From contig JBIOIY010000046.1 of NCBI GenBank assembly GCA_044450345.1, positions 1-25,014 on the forward strand: a DNA stretch of 25,014 nt, read 5' to 3'. The translations under genes and the position numbers were made by a program. This DNA comes from Thermodesulfovibrionales bacterium (lineage in GTDB: Bacteria; Nitrospirota; Thermodesulfovibrionia; Thermodesulfovibrionales; UBA6898). The notes under the pieces are model-generated. The model saw only the letters and a list, made by a program, of their open reading frames with translations, ran no database searches and was not told where the DNA came from. How positions within the stretch are numbered: position 1 is the first letter of the stretch; every line of letters begins with the position of its first letter. Shown here piece by piece: positions 1 through 8,779 of the stretch.

Positions 1-54
1 GGCTCCGAAAAAGATGGAGCGTTTCTCCGCCCCTACAGACAACGTTATCTATTA

Positions 55-318
55 GAAAAATGTGGACTTTGGCCAGGACAGCAGTCGGTTGGGAGAATCC
101 TCGAACCGACTATGAGGCGCCTGAATAGAGGATGACCCTCGTGAGTAGACAGAGGCAGCTCCACGACGAAGATAAGTCATGCGGTACCCAACCCGCGCAT
201 ATCAGAGTGATCTACCGTCGTTCATTACTGCTGTTCTGTCCGAAGTACACATTCTCAAAGGAGGTCATGTAGGAGACAAAAAAATCACACCCCACTTGAC
301 AGGTTTAATACATATCAG
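55..318 (+). mobile_element. Non-coding 3' end of an IS110-family element with bridge/seekRNA-like structured RNA; transposase lies outside the window
   Basis: Long stem 62-85/227-250 (22 of 24 pairs incl. two G-U on the + strand) enclosing hairpins 83-111 and 128-140 and a stem-loop-stem at 163-221. The motif GCGGTACCCAACCCGCGCATATCAGAGTGATCTACCGTCG and the terminal TTGACA(296-301)...CATATCAG(311-318) resemble IS110-family right ends as I recall them. No transposase is visible to confirm. Confidence 0.7.
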
Positions 319-843
319 TGGCTGGAAGTGAGATTTTAAAATTGGACGCGGTGGTGTTTCTTTCTGGACGTACATCGCGTTCCAGTGTGCGGCTGTGACA
401 GGCGGGTTTTTATCGGTAACTGTTTTATCGCCAAAAAGGTGCGAGTGTCAGGTAGTCGGTGCATTCGAGATCGCAAGACGTTCTCCTCTGACGCTCAGAG
501 GCTATGCGTGCTTCGGGGCAAAACTTTCTTTCCTGAGGAATTGGGTCATTGTCCGTTGATTACTGCAAATAACCAACACTGCCAGCCAGCTCGCTGTGAT
601 CTCAGATTGATAAACAAGAGGAATCTCCGTGTTGATCACGAGGCGCATGTTTCGGGATAGACTCTTCAAGAGTTTCGCTGGGAAAGATCTGTTGGCTATC
701 AGGTGAATACGGCGGAGGCAGAGGAACCGCAGCAACGTTTGATACGGGGAAAAGATGAGATTTGTCCACGTTTGGAGCAAAGAGCAAAGGGACAATCGGG
801 GAAGGATTACTACTGAAGACAACATTCTCTCAAGAGACGCTTA

Positions 844-1611
844 TTATCCGGCCTTCAAAAACGTCTTAATACGACTTTCTCTCTCATGAACACCGCTGGG
901 GCTTAATTTGACTACCTCCGATTTTTTCCAGTTCTGGAAGAGGTCTATGATCTGGTCGAGAGAATCCTGGTGGAGCTGTTCGATCACTTCCCTGTCCGGG
1001 AGGGACGTAATGAGGTTCCTGTCGATAAAATTCCCTATCCTTTCCCTGTTGAAGACCGAGAGGAAGACCATGCCCTTGAAGATCCTCTTGTTTGTCTTGA
1101 AGGAGAAGACGAGACGGTCGAGAGAATTTTCGAGAAAAAGGTCGTTTCGCATCTGGATCTTTCTGTCGATCGCGATGGCCTGGAGCCAGTATTTCTTGTC
1201 TATAATGCAGTCGGCTTTCATCTCCATCACGGTATGCCCGATGTTCCTCCTGTCGGCCGTATACACGTTGTGGGCAACGGTATCGGCGGCAAGATGGCTC
1301 ATGTAGCCGTAGACAAAGGCCTTCTGCTGGTCGGTCTTCGACGCCCTGAGGAGATCGAATGCCACGTCCCAGTTGTGAGAGCTCTTATGGTCAGGCAGGT
1401 ACTGCTTGCCGATGATGATGTCCGCCATCAAATTGCCGTAGAGAAAATCCTTTCTGTATCTCCTGAGAACTTCGAGAAGCCCGGCGGGCAGGAGCGGGCT
1501 GAGAGAAAAAAGCTCATTACCGAGATAGATATGCGTCAGCGGCCCCCACGCGAAAGCCGCGGCAGGGATCAGCAAAAAAGCTGCGACAAGTGAAATTTTG
1601 AATAGTCTCAT
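844..1611 (-). CDS. Secreted zinc-dependent phospholipase C family protein
   Basis: Start at ATG 1611 overlaps the pepA stop (ATGA). Signal peptide MRLFKISLVAAFLLIPAAAFA, then mature N-terminal WGPLTH; motifs SSHNW, GYMSHLAADTVAHN and GHTVME are typical Zn ligands of the Zn_dep_PLPC fold. Confidence 0.8.
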   Translation of the reverse strand: MRLFKISLVAAFLLIPAAAFAWGPLTHIYLGNELFSLSPLLPAGLLEVLRRYRKDFLYGNLMADIIIGKQYLPDHKSSHNWDVAFDLLRASKTDQQKAFVYGYMSHLAADTVAHNVYTADRRNIGHTVMEMKADCIIDKKYWLQAIAIDRKIQMRNDLFLENSLDRLVFSFKTNKRIFKGMVFLSVFNRERIGNFIDRNLITSLPDREVIEQLHQDSLDQIIDLFQNWKKSEVVKLSPSGVHERESRIKTFLKAG

Positions 1612-3059
1612 GCCAGTTCCCTCACGAATTGCAAAAGGAGCCGGACTCCGACGCCTGAGACCCCTTTCGGAATATAAGGTCTTTCCCTTTCGACCCATGC
1701 TGTACCCGCAATATCAAGATGTACCCATGGCATCTCTCCCGCAAATTCTTTCAAAAAGTATGCCGAAGTCACGAGCGATCCTGTCCTGCCTCCTGTGTTT
1801 TTTAAATCGGCAATATCGCTTTTTACATATTCTTTATATTCCTCGAAAAGAGGCATTTCCCAGACCCTTTCATAAACCATGTCGCCGCATCTTTTAAGGG
1901 TATCGAGCAATCCCCTGTCGTTGCCCATCATCGCAATCACCTCGCTGCCGAGGGCTACAGAACACGCGCCGGTAAGTGTCGCGATATCGACGACCGCTCG
2001 CGGCTTGAAACGTTTTGCATAACCGATAGCATCGGCCACGACGAGGCGGCCCTCTGCATCGGTATTTATTATCTCCACAGTCGTCCCGCCGACTGCCCTG
2101 ACGATGTCACCGGGCTTTGTAGCAGACCCCCCAGGCAGATTCTCTGTGGCGGGAAGGACCCCTATGAGATTGATCGGCAGCGCCGCCTCCGATACCGCCT
2201 TCATCACGCCCAGAACGGCAGCGCCGCCGGCCATGTCGTATTTCATCTTCTCCATGCCTTCGGCAGGTTTTAAGGAAATGCCGCCGCTGTCGAAGGTGAT
2301 CGACTTGCCTACAAGCACCAACGGCGCTTTACTCCCGCCTTTGTAGTGAAGCACAACGAATTTAGGAGGTTCGTGAGATCCTTTCGCCACCGCGAGATAT
2401 GCGCCCAGGCCAAGCCTCTGCGCGTCCCTCCTTTCGAGTACCCTCACTGAAAGCTTCCCCTTTCTCAGCGAAAGAGCTGCCTTTGCAAGGTGGGACGGTG
2501 TCATGTCGTTCGACGGGGTATTGATCAGGTCTTTTGCGAAAGAGACCGCCGAGGCCATAGTATCAGCCCAGTCGAGTTCCTGCTTCAGGGCCTTCGAGGG
2601 TTTAGAAAGGACAACAAGGCTGTCCAACGTCTTCCCGTTCTTTTCCTTCTTATATCGGGAGTAGGTATACAAAGAAAGCAAGGCACCCTCCGCAAACAGC
2701 GAAGGGGAGAGTTTAAAAGAAGAAATGACTTTAGAGGACAATGCGGCCTTCCTCATCCCGTTGTCCCTCAAATAAGCCGAAGACCTTCCCCCTGCCTGTC
2801 TTAGCCCCTCGGCAGTGACCTCGTCCTTCTTCCCGAGGCCGGCAAGCAAAATCCATTCGGACTTGAGACCGTCGGGCGCGGTGACCAGGAAGAGCTCATT
2901 TTTTTTGCCGCTGAATTTTTTGGAGAACGCCTTCTTGATCGCCTGCTCAACGAGCCGGCCGAGATAGTCGTACTGCTTTGCCCCGGCCTCTGTCACTGGG
3001 AGGATGAGGGCATCGCAGGCGCAGTCCTTCTCCCTGAGATCTTTTACGGATATATTCAT
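1608..3059 (-). CDS. pepA: Leucyl aminopeptidase (M17)
   Basis: VGKSITFDSGG, MKYDMAG, NTDAEGRL, DIATLTGA and WVHLDIAG motifs; 483 aa. Confidence 0.97.
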   Translation of the reverse strand: MNISVKDLREKDCACDALILPVTEAGAKQYDYLGRLVEQAIKKAFSKKFSGKKNELFLVTAPDGLKSEWILLAGLGKKDEVTAEGLRQAGGRSSAYLRDNGMRKAALSSKVISSFKLSPSLFAEGALLSLYTYSRYKKEKNGKTLDSLVVLSKPSKALKQELDWADTMASAVSFAKDLINTPSNDMTPSHLAKAALSLRKGKLSVRVLERRDAQRLGLGAYLAVAKGSHEPPKFVVLHYKGGSKAPLVLVGKSITFDSGGISLKPAEGMEKMKYDMAGGAAVLGVMKAVSEAALPINLIGVLPATENLPGGSATKPGDIVRAVGGTTVEIINTDAEGRLVVADAIGYAKRFKPRAVVDIATLTGACSVALGSEVIAMMGNDRGLLDTLKRCGDMVYERVWEMPLFEEYKEYVKSDIADLKNTGGRTGSLVTSAYFLKEFAGEMPWVHLDIAGTAWVERERPYIPKGVSGVGVRLLLQFVRELA

Positions 3060-3152
3060 AAATTACCTTTTAAAAATACCTTATTACCAAACAAACTACT
3101 GTCGTTATTGTAGCCTATTTCCCTGTAAAATATCTACCCTGACAGGACCTAA

Positions 3153-3320
3153 CAGCCTGTTGAAAAAGTCTTATTATGTCAAGAAAATCTGTCATGCCCG
3201 CGTCAGCCCCGCTGATTCGCCAAGGTGGAAAGGCGGGTATCCAGAAGCCCGGGAAAACACTGGATTCCCGTTTTCACGGGAATGACGTCCAAGGCCAAAA
3301 TGAATTTCTTCAGCAGCCTG
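3153..3320. mobile_element. MITE-like element with IS5/IS1182-type terminal inverted repeats, carrying a REP-like doublet
   Basis: Left end CAGCCTGTTGAAAAA vs right end (reverse complement) CAGGCTGCTGAAGAA, 12/15 match. Flanked by a CTAA direct repeat at 3149-3152 and 3321-3324. No transposase inside. Confidence 0.7.
3191..3286. repeat. Inverted pair of REP-like palindromes (GTCAT(T/G)CCCG...CGGG.ATCCAG type)
   Basis: GTCATGCCCGCG...GGCGGGTATCCAG (3191-3244) and CTGGATTCCCGTTTTCACGGGAATGAC (3260-3286) are inverted copies. The first has an extra ~27 bp in its loop. Confidence 0.75.
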
Positions 3321-3362
3321 CTAAAGATTGACACATAAATGCCATTTGAACGATTATGGAAT

Positions 3363-4538
3363 ATGGAGCAAAGTGAGGGCAATCGTGATTTGTCGAGAAA
3401 AAGCATCGAGGGGATATTCGGGATACCCTTTACAGACGGGAACAAGATGACCTTATTAAAGGGGCGGGACTCCTTCACCGCCATATTCGATGCAGTACGT
3501 ACCGCAAAGGAGTTCATCTGCCTTGCATTCTATATCTTCAGGAACGATGAGACCGGCACCGAACTGGCCGAAATCCTGAGACAGAAGGTATCGGAAGGCG
3601 TAAGGGTCTATATCCTTTACGACCATTTCGGTTCAATAGGCACCCCTGCAGACTTCTGGAAATGCCTCCGTGACTCCGGGATCAGAATACGCGCGTCCCA
3701 CCCCTTCAAGTGGACCTCGCCGTTCCACTATGTCCACAGGGACCACCGCAAACTCATCATTGTCGACGGCCTCTATGCATTTACCGGAGGTCTCAATATC
3801 GCGAATGAATACAGTGGATATCATTTCATAAGGAAAAGGCCCCTAACAAGAAAAAAGGGCTGGAGGGACACGGGCATATTCCTTGAGGGCCCGATAGCCG
3901 TAACACTTTTTGAGGAGTTCAGGAAAAGCTGGGAGATATGGAAAGGCGGGGCCATCTCCTCCGTGAGAAATACGCGTCGCATCGAAGGAGGGCTTCCAGT
4001 GCTCCCGATCTTCGCAAGTTCCGCCAAAGGCAGACGGAAAATGAGGAAACTTCTCTATTACAGCATCGCCAGATCCCAAAGGAGTATATACCTCACCACG
4101 GCCTATTTCACCCCTAGCAGAAGGATGCTCCAGATACTTGAGGACGCAGTAGCTAGAGGAGTGGAAGTCAAGCTGCTCCTGCCGGGCAGGTCCGACATCA
4201 CGGCAGCCCTTTATGCCGCCCGGGCCTATTTTACGAGGCTCACCAGGGCGGGCATCGGGATATATATTTACGGCGGCGAGATACTCCATGCAAAGACCGC
4301 GGTCTTCGACGGAGTCTGGAGCATCATCGGGTCGACGAACCTCGATTTCCAGTCGCTGAGGAGAAACGATGAAGGGAACGTCGGCATACTGGACGAAGAC
4401 TTCGGGGGGCAGATGTGCGATACCTTTGACGAGGACCTGAAAAATTCGGAGAGGGTGGACCTCGAAAACTGGATGAAAAGGCCCTTCGTCGAAAAAATAA
4501 AGGAACGTTTCTTCTCCCTTTTCAAAAAACAGCTCTGA
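3363..4538 (+). CDS. cls: Cardiolipin synthase, ClsB-like (phospholipase D family, no N-terminal TM helices)
   Basis: Two HKD motifs: HRKLIIVDG..AFTGGLN and HAKTAVFDG..SIIGSTNLD. Start is either 3339 or 3363; a TTGACA at 3328 favours 3363. Confidence 0.92.
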   Translation: MEQSEGNRDLSRKSIEGIFGIPFTDGNKMTLLKGRDSFTAIFDAVRTAKEFICLAFYIFRNDETGTELAEILRQKVSEGVRVYILYDHFGSIGTPADFWKCLRDSGIRIRASHPFKWTSPFHYVHRDHRKLIIVDGLYAFTGGLNIANEYSGYHFIRKRPLTRKKGWRDTGIFLEGPIAVTLFEEFRKSWEIWKGGAISSVRNTRRIEGGLPVLPIFASSAKGRRKMRKLLYYSIARSQRSIYLTTAYFTPSRRMLQILEDAVARGVEVKLLLPGRSDITAALYAARAYFTRLTRAGIGIYIYGGEILHAKTAVFDGVWSIIGSTNLDFQSLRRNDEGNVGILDEDFGGQMCDTFDEDLKNSERVDLENWMKRPFVEKIKERFFSLFKKQL

Positions 4539-4598
4539 CCGATGCACTCCCGGAGGATCATACCATCTTGAACGCGGGATTTTTTTCGAGTGCATCGG
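4539..4598. repeat. Inverted repeat directly after the cls stop (possible terminator/processing hairpin or mini-element)
   Basis: CCGATGCACTC (4539-4549) and GAGTGCATCGG (4588-4598) form a perfect 11-bp inverted repeat. No U-tract follows the stem. Confidence 0.5.
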
Positions 4599-4689
4599 GA
4601 ACTTCCTTCACCATCCCGGGATTTCTATTTGCCTAATGAGTTGTCAAAATCCTAACTCGTTTTGAGTATAATAGTAACTCGAAAAGCTC

Positions 4690-5340
4690 ATGAATTTTTT
4701 TCTGTTTGTCATATCGGCATTTCTGATGGGTTTTGTCGCCGCAATCCCGACCGGCCCGGTCCAGATAGAGGTGATGAAGAGGTCTATCAACGGCCATCTC
4801 AAATCATCTCTTATGGTCATCCTGGGCGCCTTCCTGTCGGATATCATCTATGGCGCGATCGCCTTCTACGGGATAGCCCCTTTTCTCAGGGAACGGATGG
4901 TGATGGCGGCCTTCTGGCTCTGCGGGGGGGGCATCCTGATCGTCCTGGGCATACTTACGGTAAGGAACAGTCTTCGGGCACACGCGTTCGACCGCAACTC
5001 GAAACACCTGAAGAAAAAGCGATGGGCCTTTATCGGCGGTCTCTCCCTCTCCGGGACGAATCCGATGATGGTACTCTGGTGGCTCCTCGCCGCAAGGTTA
5101 TTCCTTGACGTAGGCTTGATTCACGATTTTACGTCGGAGGTCACGGCCACGTTCCTCATCGCCGGAGGTATCGGTCTCGCCTCGTATCTCGCTGTCCTGT
5201 CGCTCTTCCTCTATTGGGCCAAGCGGTACATATCAGAGAGCAAGATAAGACATATCAATCTCGGCTTCGGCATCCTGCTTCTCTTCATAGCCGGATATTT
5301 CATCTTTACGTCTTTGCAATATTTTTTTCAGCCGAGATAA
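4690..5340 (+). CDS. LysE/RhtB family translocator
   Basis: 216 aa, about 6 hydrophobic segments; N-terminal GFVAAIPTGPV, GAFLSD and TNPM motifs. Confidence 0.88.
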   Translation: MNFFLFVISAFLMGFVAAIPTGPVQIEVMKRSINGHLKSSLMVILGAFLSDIIYGAIAFYGIAPFLRERMVMAAFWLCGGGILIVLGILTVRNSLRAHAFDRNSKHLKKKRWAFIGGLSLSGTNPMMVLWWLLAARLFLDVGLIHDFTSEVTATFLIAGGIGLASYLAVLSLFLYWAKRYISESKIRHINLGFGILLLFIAGYFIFTSLQYFFQPR

Positions 5341-5352
5341 GAAGGCCGGATG

Positions 5353-5946
5353 TCAAATCGGGCCTTGAAAGGCCCCCGCGATGGCCGCCTTCGCCTCGTC
5401 AATCCCCTCCGCAAGCGCCCTGCTTAATGCCTCCGCAAGGGACGTAAAGCCGCGGTCTCCGAGTTTTATCTTCTTTTCGAAAGAACCCCGGTAGAGCGTC
5501 TTGCCGTCGGGCGAGAGAAGACCCAGATCGAATGACAAATCGGCGAAAGAACCGCTGCCGTTGTCTAACCTTTCAAACCTTTTCAGATCAATTTCGAGGG
5601 AATAGAATGCGGGCGGGACAAAGTTAGAGGCCCTCACCTCCTTGAATAAGGCCGCTGCCGAAAGGGCGTTTCTGAACGACTCCCTCACCATCTCGGCGGG
5701 AGGGGAGTCCCACTTCGAATACCGTGCGATATCGAGTTGATAAGGTGAGGTCCTGTAGGCGATGTAGGGCTGGGAGAGATAGCGCGGGGAATGCACAACG
5801 AGATCAAGAGAAGCCTCCGTCTTCGTCTTCGCCGCCAGCCCTTCGTTTTTCAGCGCAAGGCTGTATATCTTCGTCTGAGGCATGGCGCATGCCGCGCAGA
5901 TGCCGACCAAAAGGAACGCAATAAACGCATGCCGGAATTTTCTCAT
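5353..5946 (-). CDS. PqiC-like ABC-transport auxiliary lipoprotein
   Basis: Lipoprotein signal ending CAAC, then TKIYSL; SPRYL..IAYRTSPYQL..YSKWDSPPAEM matches the ABC_trans_aux pattern. Lies directly after mlaD. Alternative start 5961. Confidence 0.87.
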   Translation of the reverse strand: MRKFRHAFIAFLLVGICAACAMPQTKIYSLALKNEGLAAKTKTEASLDLVVHSPRYLSQPYIAYRTSPYQLDIARYSKWDSPPAEMVRESFRNALSAAALFKEVRASNFVPPAFYSLEIDLKRFERLDNGSGSFADLSFDLGLLSPDGKTLYRGSFEKKIKLGDRGFTSLAEALSRALAEGIDEAKAAIAGAFQGPI

Positions 5947-5947
5947 A

Positions 5948-6850
5948 TTACTCCCCCTCACCCTTCCCTTCTTTGTACACGACGCTCCACGGCTTCTGTT
6001 TTACTTCCTGCAGGAGGTCCTGCAGGTCCTCAGCCGTCCTCGTGACCGTATCCACCAGGTCGCCGAGACCTGCCGCCTGCCGGTCGACAAGCCTGTCGAC
6101 AGACCTCGTCGCTTTATCTGCCGATTTCGCCGCAGATTCGAACGATTTGATCATCTCCCCCGCCCTGTCGAGGTCCTCTCTCGCCTTCTTTATCAGGCCG
6201 GCGACCTCCGGCTTGTTCGTCTTCACCAGGTCCTCGACCTCGCCCAGGACGCCTTCGAGTTTGTCGGTAGTAGACTTCAGGGAGGAGGCGACCTTTTCGA
6301 TACTCGCGGAGCCGCTCACAATCGCCCTGTTGGTATTGCCTATGAGCCTCTCGATCTCGGCGACGTTCTTGGGGCTGAAAATTTTGTCCACGTCCTTTAC
6401 AAGGCTTTCTACTGTCTGAGAGAGGCCGTCGAGTTTCGTCATGATCTGAGCAAAGTCGGCCGATTCTTCCGAGGGTATCTCGCCTCCCGGCATTATCCGT
6501 CCCTCCGTCGTCTTGTCGACCGCAAGGAGCATAAAAATATCCCCGACAAAACCGTTCTGGGTGATCATGGCCCTCGTCCCTTTGTACACTGGGGTCCCCT
6601 GTTTGAGACCTATCTCCACCGTCACACGCCGGCCGGGTCCTGTCGGCTCTTTGATTGCCTTGACGCTGCCCACCCTTACACCCCCCAGCTTTACCTGCGT
6701 GCCGACTTCCAACCCCGTGGCGTTCATTACCTTCACGGAATATAGATCGACCTTTTCGAAAAAACGGCTTCCCCCGATGAGGATCACCAGGGCGCTAAGT
6801 ACAAAAAAAGAAGAGACTATAATTATCCCCGCCTTAATTTCTTCCTTCAT
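5948..6850 (-). CDS. mlaD: MlaD/MCE-domain protein with long helical C-terminal region
   Basis: N-terminal TM helix; ATGLEVGTQVKLGGVRVGSV MCE motif; coiled-coil-like tail ending KQKPWSVV. Confidence 0.92.
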   Translation of the reverse strand: MKEEIKAGIIIVSSFFVLSALVILIGGSRFFEKVDLYSVKVMNATGLEVGTQVKLGGVRVGSVKAIKEPTGPGRRVTVEIGLKQGTPVYKGTRAMITQNGFVGDIFMLLAVDKTTEGRIMPGGEIPSEESADFAQIMTKLDGLSQTVESLVKDVDKIFSPKNVAEIERLIGNTNRAIVSGSASIEKVASSLKSTTDKLEGVLGEVEDLVKTNKPEVAGLIKKAREDLDRAGEMIKSFESAAKSADKATRSVDRLVDRQAAGLGDLVDTVTRTAEDLQDLLQEVKQKPWSVVYKEGKGEGE

Positions 6851-6870
6851 TGCTCAGTCACCTCCGGTCG

Positions 6871-7656
6871 TCAGTCGCCGACGATAAACCTGAAATAATC
6901 GTCGGGCGAATAGGTCTTCGTCTCGGGTTTTCTTTCGAGAAACATCCGTATCCTCTCGTTTTCCGATCTTCTCAGTTCGTCGAGTACGCCGGAGAAGATG
7001 ACCTCTCCCGCGTCGAGCATAATAACATAATCCGCGATCGTGAATACACTCGGCAGTTCATGCGTTACGACGACTATCGTAATACCAAACACATTCCTCA
7101 GCTTCAGTATAAGGTCGTCGAGACCGGCCGCCGTCACCGGGTCGAGACCGGCGGAGGGCTCATCGAAGAACAGCAGTTCCGGATCGAGCGCGATCGCGCG
7201 CGCAAGTCCGGCCCTTTTCTTCATCCCTCCGGAGAGCTGGGAAGGATAAAACTTCTCGAAGCCGGACAGTCCGACCAGATCGAGCTTCATCCGGACCATG
7301 ATCATGATAGTCGACTCATTCAGCCCGGTATGTTCCCGTATCGGGAGGGCGACGTTTTCCGCGACAGTCATCGAATTAAGAAGCGCTGCGCCCTGAAAGA
7401 GCACCCCCATCTTCTTCCTGACTTCGTTCAGTTCTTCTTCCTCCATCGCCGCGATATCCCTGCCGTTGATCGAGATCTTCCCCCTTGTCGGCCTGAGGAG
7501 ACCGATGAGATGCTTCAGGAGCGTGCTTTTTCCGCAGCCGCTCCCTCCGAGAATGACGGACGTCTTGCCCCTGGGAACGGAGATGTTGATACTCTTCAGT
7601 ATCTCCCTCTCGCCGTAATGGGTCTGGAGACCTGTGACCTCAATCGCGTTTTCCAT
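6871..7656 (-). CDS. mlaF: MlaF-type ABC ATPase
   Basis: Walker A GGSGCGKST, LFQGAAL, LSGGMKKRAGLARAIALDP, DEPSAGLDP, VVTH. Confidence 0.95.
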   Translation of the reverse strand: MENAIEVTGLQTHYGEREILKSINISVPRGKTSVILGGSGCGKSTLLKHLIGLLRPTRGKISINGRDIAAMEEEELNEVRKKMGVLFQGAALLNSMTVAENVALPIREHTGLNESTIMIMVRMKLDLVGLSGFEKFYPSQLSGGMKKRAGLARAIALDPELLFFDEPSAGLDPVTAAGLDDLILKLRNVFGITIVVVTHELPSVFTIADYVIMLDAGEVIFSGVLDELRRSENERIRMFLERKPETKTYSPDDYFRFIVGD

Positions 7657-7659
7657 ATT

Positions 7660-8472
7660 CTAGGTAAAGTAATAAAAGAGTGTCGTAAAAAACAGGTCGA
7701 AGACGATAACAAGAAAGATGGACGCGACCACCGACGCCGTGGTCCTCCTCCCCACCTCTTCCGCGCCTCCCTCGACCTTGAAACCCTGATACGCTCCGAC
7801 AATCGTGATCACTATACCGAAGGCCCACGCCTTTACGAGTCCGGTCACGACGTCCTTTACCAAAAGCGCATTGACAGACTGCTGGAAATAATTGTACGGG
7901 TGGATGCCGATGACCGTCGTCGAAAGGAGGAAGCCCCCGAATATCCCTATCATATCGGAAAAGACAGTCAAGGCCGGCAGCATGAGCATGAGAGCAAGCA
8001 GCTTCGGCGTGACGAGGAACCTCACCGGGTTGATCCCCATCGTGACGAGGGCATCCACCTCTTCGGCGGATTTCATCGAACCGATCTCAGCGGCGAAGGC
8101 CGAGCCGCTCCTTCCGGCGACGATTATGGCGGTAAGTATCGGCCCGAGTTCACGCGTGATCGAGACCCCGACGAGGTTGGCGACGTATATCAGGGCGCCG
8201 ACCCTCTTGAGCTGATAGGCTGCCTGCAGGGCCAGGATTATTCCTACGAAGAGAGAGATGACGGCAACGATGGGAACGGCGTTATATCCGGCCTTCACTA
8301 TCTCGGATACGGTCGCCCTGACACGCACCGGCTTCCCCTTAATAGGTGAGACGAAGGTCCAGTAGAAGGTCTCGTTTATGATCCTCGAAGCATAGTGTAT
8401 GTCCCTCCGGACCGGGATAACACGCCGGCCGATGAAACTGAAAAACGCCTCAGCCCTTGAAGGCATCATCAA
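7660..8472 (-). CDS. mlaE: MlaE-type ABC permease
   Basis: RELGPILTAIIVAGRSGSAFAAEIGSMK..EEVDAL..MGINP and GGAEEVGRRTTASVV signatures. Start among 8472, 8469 and 8466. Confidence 0.95.
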   Translation of the reverse strand: MMMPSRAEAFFSFIGRRVIPVRRDIHYASRIINETFYWTFVSPIKGKPVRVRATVSEIVKAGYNAVPIVAVISLFVGIILALQAAYQLKRVGALIYVANLVGVSITRELGPILTAIIVAGRSGSAFAAEIGSMKSAEEVDALVTMGINPVRFLVTPKLLALMLMLPALTVFSDMIGIFGGFLLSTTVIGIHPYNYFQQSVNALLVKDVVTGLVKAWAFGIVITIVGAYQGFKVEGGAEEVGRRTTASVVASIFLVIVFDLFFTTLFYYFT

Positions 8473-8779
8473 GGGTCCCGCATATATCGAATACCTTGTC
8501 CAGCTTCGAGAAAATGAATATCTCGACGATCCTTTCAGGTATCCCGAGGAGCTTCAATTTCCCGCCATGGGACATCATTCCTCTAAGCCCTTCGACCAGC
8601 GTCGCTATCCCCGAACTGTCGATGTACGAGACCTCCCTGAAATCGATGAGCAGCATGGGGGCTTTTTTACCGACAAAACTCAGCAATTCCTTCCGCAGTA
8701 CAGGGGACGAATACATGTCGATGTCACCCGACAGCTCAAAGACTTTTACCCCTTTATGTTCCGTTATCTCGATCTTCAT
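8450..8779 (-). CDS. rsbV: STAS-domain protein (RsbV/SpoIIAA-like anti-anti-sigma; possibly MlaB equivalent)
   Basis: 109 aa; LSGDIDMYSSPVLR and VSYIDSSGIATLV with the conserved phosphorylatable Ser. Confidence 0.92.
   Translation of the reverse strand: MKIEITEHKGVKVFELSGDIDMYSSPVLRKELLSFVGKKAPMLLIDFREVSYIDSSGIATLVEGLRGMMSHGGKLKLLGIPERIVEIFIFSKLDKVFDICGTLDDAFKG

Noticed and set aside
1..420. Group II intron (structured RNA, GTGCG at 387)
   Set aside because: No domain V (GAGCCG..GAAA..CACGTACGGTTC-like) or RT ORF; the motifs fit an IS110 end better.
385..825. Short ORFs 385-660 (+), 502-825 (-) and 602-787 (-)
   Set aside because: No recognisable motifs, SDs or protein-like composition.
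3203..3517. 104-aa minus ORF containing VIPVKTGIQ
   Set aside because: Translation of the REP/MITE palindromes plus antisense cls.
6850..8349. 499-aa plus-strand ORF, and similar long ORFs at 970-1593, 3843-4595, 5882-6745, 8457-9287, 8815-9663 and 13259-14101
   Set aside because: Antisense shadows of well-supported genes in GC-rich codon context; no motifs.
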